Positions 50,274 through 61,884 of a stretch of DNA of 64,000 nucleotides are shown in pieces. The stretch lies in contig NW_027191405.1 of assembly GCF_041146345.1 (NCBI RefSeq), positions 1,054,001 to 1,118,000 of the forward strand. The letters run 5' to 3'. Position numbers and translations under genes: made by a program. Below the pieces are notes generated by a model that was not told the origin of the DNA, ran no database searches, and was given only the letters and a program-made list of their open reading frames with translations. Source of the DNA: Neodothiora populina (Eukaryota). Each line of letters starts with the position of its first letter. The first letter of the stretch is position 1.

Positions 50274-51500
50274 ATGGCATCAGAGATCCCCGAGAAGCAA
50301 TGGGCGCAGGTCATTGAGAAGACTGGCGGACCAGTTGAGTACAAGCAAATCCCTGTACGGAAGCCTGGTCCAGACGAGGTCCTCGTCAACATCAAATTCT
50401 CTGGTGTCTGCCACACCGATCTACATGCCGTTAATGGTGATTGGCCCCTACCTACCAAGCTCCCACTCGTCGGTGGACACGAGGGTGCTGGTATCGTCGT
50501 AGCGAAGGGAGACCTCGTTAATGACATCGAGATTGGTGACCACGCTGGTGTCAAGGTAAGCCCTTCCTGGTGTTGACGGCTACGAAAATATACTGACATA
50601 TATCGTCCACAGTGGATCAACGGTTCATGTCTTGGCTGTGATTTCTGTCAACAATCTGACGAGCCTCTTTGCGCAAAGGCATTATTGTCTGGATATACGG
50701 TCGATGGCACGTTCCAGCAATACTGCATCGCTAAGGCAGCCCATGTTGCTCGTCTGCACAAAGACATTCCACTCGACGCCGTGGCCCCTGTCCTCTGCGC
50801 TGGCATCACAGTCTACAAGGGTCTCAAAGAGTCCGGTGCAAAGCCTGGTATGTTTAAGGACTGATGTTGAATCCCGTAAAACACTTACTAATGCCTCACA
50901 GGTCAGACAGTGGCGATCGTGGGTGCCGGTGGTGGTTTGGGCTCTCTTGCACAACAGTACGCCAAGGCCATGGGACTTCACACAATTGCCATTGACAGTG
51001 GTGAGGAGAAGAGGAAGATGTGCCTGGAGCAACTAGGATCGAACGCCTTTGTAGACTTTGCCACAAGCAAGGATGTCGTCAAGGACGTCCAGGCAGCAAC
51101 CGAGGATGGCCTTGGTCCCCACGCAGTCATCTTGGTGGCTGTCAACGAGAAGCCTTTCCAGCAGGCCGCAGAAGTAAGTAAAGAATATCTGTTATTGCCA
51201 AAAACATTCTGACATTGAACTCTGTAGTACGTCCGTCCCCGTGGTACCGTTGTTTGCATCGGTCTACCAGCCAATGCTTACCTCAAGGCACCGGTGTTCG
51301 AGTCTGTCATCAAGATGATCACCATCAAGGGATCGTATGTGGGCAACCGCAAGGACTCTGCCGAAGCTCTCGACTTCTTCAGAAGAGGTCTCATCAAGTC
51401 TCCATTCAAGGTTATCGGACTTTCCGAGCTACAGAAGGTGTACGACTTGATGCACAAGAACCAAATTGCTGGACGCTACGTTCTCGACATGGAAAAATAA
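50274..51500 (+). CDS. ADH1: Zn-dependent alcohol dehydrogenase I (4 exons)
   Basis: [17 protein letters not shown], structural-zinc cysteines, [36 protein letters not shown]. Confidence 0.95.
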
Positions 51501-52696
51501 GCTTTCTATATCAAGCAAACGATGTTTTGGAAGGGCGTTCGTTGCACAGTGATTGGACCGAACTGTGTTTCGGATAATTTTGGTGACCCTATCTTCTCAC
51601 GGATTAGCTATGACAATGAATATGACGTTACTTGACAGCCAACCAGACATGGGTTTCTCCATTGCCTGTGTTAATTCACTGTGGGCATCCCTTGCAAAGA
51701 TGCTATCCCGTTCCCATGAACTGTAAGAACTTCTATCCTAGACACGACATGTAAACATAAAGTTCCACCAAGTATTGTAGGTTGTGCAGTAGTCCTATTA
51801 GTCTTTTTGGCGGGGTAATTAAGCACAAGTACCTTTCGCTGGCCACCCTGGACCCTCGATCGCACTAGACAAAGTAAAGCGGTGTACCGTGATTAGCCGT
51901 ATTGGTGCCCTCACTTCGCCTTACCTTACCTTGCCATACTGCAATACCTCAACTCACCATCGTTCACGCACTCGGTCATATTCGTCACACATCTGAAGGA
52001 CGAGAAGATTCCTGTACCTTAGGCAAGGTAAGTGCACATGTACGATGTATGATGTATATCACTCAAGGGACCGCACGCAAGTATGATGGGTCATACAGAG
52101 AACAAGCCAATCCCTCGCTCCACTTTTTTGTCTTATACCCGCCAGCAATCCTCAGGACCCCTCCGTCCGCCCCGCTCCTGACTCCTATAGAGCGTGAAGG
52201 TGTGAAGGAGGAGTAAAGTTACCTCATCCCTCATTCGGCGCTCTGCAGTGCGGCGGAACGATCTCTAGGTAGGTAGGTCTCGTGGAAATGTACCTGTATA
52301 AGTACTTTACCTACTGTACCTCTGACGAAACAGAACAAGGTTCACGACTCGGTCTCTCTCTTTCGCTCGGAGCACAGTGTTGCGGACAGAGGCCAATTTC
52401 TCCACTCAACTGGGGGATTTTCATGCCTTGCTCGGACGGGTGTCTGGCGGGATCGGTGACGATTCATGTGAGGGGGTGCTTGCGTTTGCGTTTTTGTGTT
52501 TCGTTTGCGTTGTCGTGGTGGTGCGATCAGGTGAGGCGGGGCAGGGGTGTAGCTTGAGGTAGATTGAGGTGAGCTCTATGCGTATGTGCGCGTCACTTGT
52601 GTTACCGCTCAAGGTGTTCTGGAGGGAATGAGACGGGACGGGGTGGGATGGGTCACCCACGTGTGTAGCTTATTGCGAACTTAGTGCTTGAACACA

Positions 52697-52702
52697 TATA
52701 AA
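52697..52702 (+). promoter_or_regulatory. Putative TATA box of THI4
   Basis: TATAAA followed by a pyrimidine-rich tract, about 100 bp upstream of the first 5'UTR donor. Confidence 0.5.
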
Positions 52703-53148
52703 TACTGGACTTGTTCTTCTGCTTTGCCGTTTCTTTTTGATCTTCCTATCCATCTGAGTATCTGAAAAGTATCACTCCAACAATCTCAACAACCACAAGT
52801 AAACTTTCCCCATTCCTGGGCCACTCAGCTAGCTCGCTACCTAGCTAGCCAGCTAGGTGCAATTGGCATGGGCTGTCCAGAACGTATACTGACATCTTCG
52901 TGCATGGAAATAGGCCATCAACCTCCACGGTACGGGTTCACTCCCATGCTATGGACGGACATGAATGAATACAACATCAGTTTTCGCGTCGGATGAGCTG
53001 GGGGAGTTGTGAGGATGGGAGGAAAGAGTCCTCGTCCCTGTCCCTCCCTTCCTCACCAGCCCTCCCAGATTCAATCCTGCATAGATTTGATCGAGATCAG
53101 GTATACAAATGCAACAACAATCAAAAATCAGCAACGTGGGTTTCTGAT

Positions 53149-53267
53149 GCATGTGCCGGTGTTCGACGTCTTTTCCTCTACTCTTAAAGAAGAAGTGGAA
53201 AAGCGTCGTTCTGAGATTATACGGCTTGAACTTGATCTCTGGATAATACCAGCGAAAGGATTCATGC
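53149..53267 (+). ncRNA. TPP (thiamine pyrophosphate) riboswitch in a 5'UTR intron of THI4
   Basis: P1 GCATG...CATGC, CCGGTGTTCG, extended P3 (GACG-T-CTTTTCC...GGAAAAG-CGTC), CTGAGA, ATACGG, GAACTTGAT, P5 CTGG-ATAATA-CCAG, CGAAAGG. Branch point GCTGAC at 53318 and acceptor AG at 53330-53331 lie just downstream. Confidence 0.96.
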
Positions 53268-53338
53268 TCTGTCCAAAGCTCACCTCTGAAAACCCCCAGG
53301 GAGAAAAAAAGGGTAAAGCTGACATTCGCAGGTCTTGA

Positions 53339-54412
<1,074 letters not shown>

Positions 54413-54732
54413 ACATGCCTGCAAGCAAGCAACCGGGCATGTATGCTGTGCTCTGTGGAAGAAGAGCCTACGATGATGCTTTACGGATCTCGACGTGTGT
54501 GAAGGCAGTGATGCTTTTGCACGGAGGATGATGGACGATGTTTTGTCTCTTCGTCCGCTACATTCATTATGATCAGATTAGCTGAGAGAAGTCGAGAATT
54601 TCCCATGATAAGCAAATTTTTTTTGTCGTTGAGGTGAAGCGTTTTTGTAATATCTTATATTCGTGAAGCTGGATGATGGTGAGAGGCAGGAACGTGGTAA
54701 CAGTATTGCGCTGCAGCAAAAAAAACAGGTCC

Positions 54733-55898
54733 CTATTTCTTCGCCTTACTCGCCTCCTCCATAGCGCGCATAGCCGCGCGCTGACTCCTACTCCCGCCCA
54801 ACTTGGGGCCCCTAGACGGCTCATTCTTGCCTCCAGCAGGCGGCGCAGCAGCGTGTTTCCGCTGCTGCCTGGCCTCTCTCTGCGCGACGAACTCCTCCTG
54901 AAAGCGCGTGGCCACGAGCAAGTCAGCTTCGACGTTATGCCCTGCTTCGACGACGCCCGTGGCGTTGCTCTGCGGCCCGACGGAGGGTTTCGAGTGGCGC
55001 GACGACGCGCGGTCTTCGTAGATGTTTTCCAGCGGTGCTTCGCGCAGGATTTGCTCGACCATCAGGTCGCGGGTCTTGTCGAACTCGGAGGGTTGGTTGC
55101 GTTCCTTGCGCGTGCGGAAGGGTTTGCCGTCGCGGCCGAGGCGCGGGGCTTTGGGCCGCGGTTGGATGTGAGATGAAGAAGCCGTGAGCGGCGCTTGACT
55201 TTGATTTGAACATGTCGCTGTTGCTGTTGCGAGAGATGGTGTCGAGGCGGCTGCGCTGTTGGCTTCTTCGTCACGGAGGGCGTTGTTCGGGTCCATGCCA
55301 CTGGCGCGATGAGCAGTGGTGTTGGCAGCAGAGCCGCTCTGGTTGCCAGCACGAAGCTCAGCTAACTTTGAGTCTATAAATGCCATCCTTACGCCGTCAG
55401 TCACCCGTGTCGTTTTGCTGGGAAAAAATGATAGAGACAAGAAATGGGGAAAGAGACATACATGTGCTTGTCGTCGAGTTTGACCACTTGCCCCGTCGGC
55501 GCAACGAAGCGACTGCTCGCCTGTTCGGTCAGTGATGTGCCGGGGTTTGTTATCGTTGTTGTCGCCGTCGTCAGAGCCTGCGAATCTCCATCGTCTTGAT
55601 GGGCTTCTTTTAATCTAGTCGAGGCGGCACTGGTGAATGCTAGTCCTGCGCCTCTCTTGTTGCCGGGTCGGCGCTGCAGAACCGAGGGCCTCTTTCGCAA
55701 GCCATCTTCTTCGCCATCATGCTCTGCAGCGGATGGAGAGAGTCTCTCGGCGGCGGCTACTGCTTCGAGACATGTCGCATCGAGCGGTGTCGGTCTCGGA
55801 GATGCACTTTCGTTGTCGTCGTCGTCGTCGGAGGTGGTCTGCTTGAGGCGCGCGATCCGGCGCCGCTTCGAAGGGCGGAACAGTGGTTCCTCTGACAT
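54733..55898 (-). CDS. Tls1/Hep59 (C9orf78)-like splicing-associated protein (2 exons)
   Basis: MSEEPLFRPSKRRR, RFVAPTGQ...DKHM spliced to MAFIDSKL, and C-terminal RGPKLGGSRSQRAAM. Confidence 0.65.
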
Positions 55899-56630
55899 TT
55901 GGTTTATCCAACACAAGTCTGTGTGAGCAAGGCGGAATGCGCGCACATGGAAAAGAGGCAGGCTGATGTTGTTATAGACGATAGATAACACAAGTAAAGG
56001 ATCAATGAGGAGTGAATGACATGTGAAAGCTGCTGCTGCTCGTAGGGCTGAGCTGGACTGACTCGTTTCTGCTCTGCTTCACGTCACATGCTGACTCGCC
56101 GTGGATCATCCCACCTTGATGTTTCTATGTGAAGACAGTCTGCGGTACACGCTTCTCCTCGTCAGTGATATTGTGATGACAGAGGAAGCGACCATACGAA
56201 ATGTAGTGCGAATACACAATGACCATATTTCAGGAAAGTCATTGGCATCAATCACCGTCTGCTTCACGCCAATTGTGTCTGTTGCGGAAAATGTCCACCT
56301 AGTTCTTCGCAGTTAAGCATGGAATTAATTAATAATCAACCACTACTCTACTGCCGAGGCACAATGGCTCCATCTTTGTGGTCTACTAGACAGCAACTCC
56401 CCTGTAATCACCTCCTCGACCCTCTCCTCTCCTTTTCCATATGAACATTCGTGACAATCGCTCATCCAATCGCCCAAGACTTCAGTGCCCCGAAAGACAA
56501 AAAGTGAACAGGGTCGCCCTCGAGATCTGATCCACCAAAACCCACCCTCGAGCAACCAAGCCCACAAAGACGCAGAAAACAGAAGAGCAAAAACCCACCC
56601 ACCGTGGCGTTCCGACAAACCCTCTCAAGA

Positions 56631-57373
56631 ATGACGACCTACCGCATCGAGATCGTAAGCGACGTCGTCTGCCCCTGGTGCTACGTGGGCAAAAACCGCC
56701 TCGACGCCGCCATCGCCTCCCACAAGACGCGATTCCCCCAGGACACATTCAGCACGACCTGGGCGCCCTTCTACCTGAACCCCGACGCGCCCAAGCAATC
56801 CGTCGACAAGCAAGCCATGTACGAGAGCAAGTTCGGCGTCCAGCGCACCCGCATGATGCAGATCCGTCTGGCGCAGATCGGCAAGTCCGTGGGCATTGAG
56901 TTTGGGTTCGGCGGCAAGACGGGAAATACGAGGGATGCGCACAGGTTGATCCAGCTGGCGAAGACCAAGGGCGAGGAGACGCAGACGAGGGTCGTCGAGA
57001 GGCTTTTCAATGCTTATTTTGAGAAGAACCAAGATATCACTGATCATGCGGTTTTGAGCCGCGCTGCTGTCGAGGGGGGTATTGGTGCGGAAGAGGTCGA
57101 GGAGTGGTTGGGTAGCGACAAGGGTGGGCCAGAGGTTGATAGGGAGGTCGCGCAGGCCAAGAGGAAGTTCATCTCTGGGGTGCCGAACTTCACCATTAAT
57201 GATGTGTTTGAGGTGCAGGTATGTTGTTCTGCGTTGAAACATTCGAATGTGAACAATCACTGACTGCTACTGAACAGGGCGCCGAGGAGCCGTCGGCATT
57301 CTTGGACATTTTCCGACAGATCAAACAAAAGTCCGAGGACACTTCTACTGTCTCGTCAGGCAATACTTGTTAA
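56631..57373 (+). CDS. DsbA/FrnE-like thioredoxin-fold protein (2 exons)
   Basis: IEIVSDVVCPWCYVG (CPWC), GNTRDAHRL, ISGVPNF; last exon ends at TAA 57371-57373. Confidence 0.92.
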
Positions 57374-57876
57374 TCCAAGGTAAACCAAGTCAACGGGCTA
57401 TGTTGGAGTGGACACCGAGTTATGATACGCCGTATGATGCATCTTCCCCTAGTATTCATGTGTGTATATATATAAAACCTCACAGCTAAGAAAGCGAATG
57501 ATTATATCATATCTTGTCCTCCAAGTCGAGCCTGAAGCTCTCGTCTTTACTCTGAGATAAATCTCTGATTGACAAAATCTGTTTCTCGACACTGCTTTTG
57601 CTTCTTCGCCATGCTTGATTCGCCTTTTCTCTTCTTTTCTTTTGGTCGTCCAGCCATGCAAAAATCCACCCGTGTCCGCGTTGACGCCCACCCACTGCCT
57701 CTGGAATCAAGAATGTCGGGAGCTTCTTTGGTGAGAGTGTAGATTTCACAGATATGTAGTCTTGGACGCAAGACACCACAGGACATGTTCTCATCAGGCA
57801 TGTAGCAACAAAAAGCCGTGTGCGCCCCCCTGTCTATGCAAGATTGACATACGAAAGAAAAACCCTCGACAGACCC

Positions 57877-59835
57877 TCATTTTGTACCAATGGGGCCGAG
57901 TGTGGGCTCACTCTTGCCGGGCATTATGCCATACACAGGATTCCGGGTGTTCTTGGCATGCATGGGAGGATCGACGTCTTCTTCCTCCATGGAGAACAGG
58001 CCTTGCTCCTCCTCAATTGTCTCGCGCCCAAGGCTGCTGCTGCTCATGCCACGCTCTGCCAGGCTGTTGCGTGCGGGATTGGATGTCATGGACATGGGTC
58101 TTGAAGAAACGCCGAGTGACCTGTTCTGGTCGTTGATCTGGGTGCGCTGGAGCTCCTGTGTGAGCATGGACATGGACGCTTGTCTCGGGGGGCTGCCGAT
58201 GGCGTGTGGGCTCACATCACCAGTGGAAGAGACATTGGCCAACGACGAGGAGCGAAGAGCCGAGGGTCGCAAAGGGGACCCAACATGACCGAAGGCAGAG
58301 GCACCGTTGCTGTCCGAGTCTGCCTTTGAGAGCGAGCGCGAGGTGAAGAGCGCATTGTAACGGGACGGACTGGCCGAGTGTGGGCTGAGGCTTCCCACTT
58401 TGCTGTCCTGCGGAGTGTTGCCGTTCGATATAGCGCGTCGCCCGGCGGAAAGGAAAGACGGGTTCGTATCATCATCACCAATGTTGCGCGAGAAGCGACG
58501 GAGCTTTTCCTGGGGTAGAAGCTCATGCAGACTCGAGGGTAGTAGATCCTCGCCGATGCCATCATCGTCACTCTCATCCAGGTCCGAGCTCGAATGATCG
58601 GGCTGGAAAAGAGAGGGACGCGTTCCGAGAGAGGCCGACATCATTCCCATGCGCGGTCGCGCAGCAAGTCTCTCGGAATGCAGTCGCTCCGAGTGCAGTG
58701 GTCGCTTGGAGAAGCTCAGCGGCTCATCGAAGCTCGGCGGTGACGAGCCCATGCCGTGCAGAACGCCGTCCAGATTGGCGGGATCACCAAAAGTGGAGCC
58801 CTGCAGACCGCGGAACTTCAAGTTGCTGGCGAAAGGCTTATTGGGCAGTGAAGAAGGGGGCGATTCGATTCCGAAGCGATGGGGAAGCGAAGCAGCGAAT
58901 GGACCATGCCGTGCCGCGAGAGAGATGCCTTGGCTGTCGAAGGAGCTGGGCAGAGGAGCGTCAAGGACACTGAGACCCCTGTTGGTCGGAGATGCAGGCA
59001 AGCGAGAATCGTGCGGAGGCGAGCTGAAAGTGACGGAAGGGTCTGCAGAGCCCTGTGGGCCGTCGTGGCTAGAGAGAGCAAGCGTGGGGTGCTGGTGGTA
59101 ACGGGGATCCAGAGGATCATCGGCGGTCGAGGTCTGGTAGGAAAGGTCTTGCTGGGCGGCGGACAGATCGTGTGCCTGCATTGACAACAGCGAGGGCGGG
59201 CCGGGAGGTAGAGCGTGGGGGATGTGTGAGCGTCTGGCGTAAGCAAAGGTCTGGCCTCGAGGTGGACGGTTGATCACTCTGCCGTCTGGAAGGATGTGGG
59301 CGAGGGCGCAGCCTTGACCGAATTTGCAGCTTCCCTGTGGGACTCATCAGTCGCATGTCTCAGAGATAAGCCAGAACGACACTAGTGTACCTTTGCAAAG
59401 TATTTACAGGGAGCGTTCTGGGTCATGGGGTCGAGGTCGTGTGAGAATTGACAGGCAGCGCCGGCTTGACAGGTGCCGTAGGGGTAGAACTTGCAAGGAA
59501 CGTGGGATGTGTCTGGATGGAGCAGTCAGGTTACTTGTTCTGGGAGAAGACAACGCGGTCAGTGAGTGCTCACTCTTGGCCTTGGGAGGACTCCGCGGTC
59601 CAGTGAAGGCGGCTCCCATGTTGTTGTATTCTCGCTGCTGCTGCATTGTATTGAACGGAGCACTGGCGGTGCGGTTGTGAGGAGCGGCAGGTACGGGCAT
59701 TCCATTTGCATTCAATCCTCCTCTTGAGGCGCCATTGACGCCGCTCGCACTGCCATTACTGCTGCCGCCATTCATGTCGGGAAAGGGTGCGGATGCGTCA
59801 TGGGTCGGCGATAGCGGAGACAGAGGGTTGCTCAT
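57877..59835 (-). CDS. Tandem CCCH zinc-finger protein, LEE1/Cps3-like (3 exons)
   Basis: Spliced HVPCKFYPYGTCQAGAACQFSH and PCKYFAKGSCKFGQGCALAH; later EDLLPSSLHELL and FSMEEE. Confidence 0.85.
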
Positions 59836-61884
59836 GACTTGGGAGCCAGTGAGCGCAGCAGAGCAGTGATGCACTACTATTACTACTACTTCTGACGGTT
59901 GGGTGTTTTGTCGTGTTGACTAGTGGCAAGCTATACAAATCTCAAGGTGTGTAGTAGAGCAAGCACAGAAAGATGTGAAGAGTGGTTGCGTAAGGGGGTC
60001 AGGTGGTGGACCTTGGGCTGGCGGAAGATGAAGGGTCGCGCTACGGCAATGACGGTGCTGGGCAGCGGTTGGCTGTACTGCTGCTGTACTGGGTGTGTCT
60101 ACCTTACTCGAGCCACTCGGAGGAATATGAACAAGGTAGTGTCGCAAATGCTAGTGGAGTAGTATCGTCGGATGATGGTTATCGACGGCTTGGCGGTCAT
60201 GGACGGTTGAACAGGAATGATTAAACGAGAAATGTCTGGATATCAGTCGAGGTCAAGATGGGAAGGGACTCGACCTCGCCCCAGACGCTACAGGTACAGG
60301 ATCTCGACGACAATCCAGGCATCTCATCACAGCTACGGAGACAGTACAGCAACATCAATGGGCGCCGAGGAAAATACGCTTTTGTCCGTGCCTCGAGCAT
60401 CTCCACATTCATCATTCGCGGTCAAGCGCCAGTAGAACGGCGTATCGAACCGCCAGTCGAAAACCGCTCACAAGACGTGGACCCCCTCGAGCCCCTCGAG
60501 CTTGAACTATCAAGGCAAAGCGGCAGACCTGCAGAGCTACCATACCCGTCTGTCTGCGCCTCACCACGTCGCATAGCTAAAGTACCTTACTGCTGCAAGA
60601 CACAGACCAGACACAGACAAGACATGATCTCGGCTTGCAGTCCAAGTACCTTGCCTGCCGTACCCCACATGAAAGGTATGGCATCATATTGTACGATTAA
60701 TTATTGTACGAGGACAAGCCCACCTCATTCGTTGGAACACTTGTACAAGTCCCCTAAACGGCAAAGGCATCCTGATGCGCAAGGTAGAAGAAGGGCTACA
60801 TTGCCCTTGGATGATCCACCTAGAGTCTCCCCGATTGACCATTCCCGAACACGACCTGAACTTGTTGCTCGTGGTGTACAATACGGGCTCCCGAGGGCCC
60901 CCTCGTTCGTCTACCTTATCTCTGCCTCTAGCCTTATCTCAAGGCACCTTACTCGCGCATGCAGCATGCACTGGGGCACAATAATGTGTCTCTGTGCGCC
61001 AACGCCCTGGAAGCCTGGCTTGCCATCAACCTACTTCTGCATCTCTCACCCCGTATCTCATGTCCGCTGTCCTCGGCGTCTACGCGTACAGCCAATATCG
61101 CCTCGCTCACCCTATCTGATTTGCCTGTCTCTCATCACTGCCTCCACTCGAAATCCCCACCCTTGTGCAGCAAACGCGAAGCCGAGCCACCGTAGCTGTA
61201 GCCGTAGCCGTCTCATAGCCACGCCGGCCACAATGCAAATGCAGCTATCCTTTGACCCCGGATCGCACAGGCATGAGAGTGACAGCCAAGCACCCGAGGC
61301 AGGTGACCGTGTACGCACTTGATTACTGATGCCTTTCGAGCATCGAGACCCAGTCTCTTTTCCATTCTCCATCAGACGGCAGGTCTGCCATTATAGTCCC
61401 TGTGTTATGTCTTCAAGTCGAGAGCGCATTCATATGTACTGTATGTAATGGCACTGACATAACCATGGGCCCGTTGGTGATATGTATAACAGGAAGATGG
61501 ACCGTCCATCATGATCAGTAGGTATTCCTTGTACCAATCTTGCAGCCTTTCCATATGTCCATAGTCGAATGCGATGCATGGCTTTGCACAGGACTCCTTC
61601 GATGAACAGCTTGTCTTGTTCTCCAACATCTCGTTCGCACTCCTTGGCGTTTGAAGGATAGGGAGATGAAGTGCGACATGACAGCAAACGCGAAGTCTGA
61701 AGGTGATGGTTTGACCCGATCTCATGGGTCGTGACTTCCCCCGTGACTTTCACCTTTGCAACCTCCAGGTGCCTCTCCTCTCCTTCGAAACTCTTCTGAA
61801 TTCTGTCACTCTTTTGGTTTCCTCAATCCCTTCATCACCCTGCAAAAGACCTCATAATACACATCATTCGCTCGGGGAGACATC

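Noticed and set aside
46088..51500. ToxD-like reductase, lipocalin-like gene and ADH1 as a secondary-metabolite cluster
   Set aside because: No PKS, NRPS or terpene backbone gene, and no pathway regulator, in the window.
51498..51510. Cryptic peroxisomal targeting by stop-codon readthrough in ADH1 and other enzymes
   Set aside because: The ADH1 stop is TAA-GCT, and no TGA-CTA context was found at the gene ends I checked.
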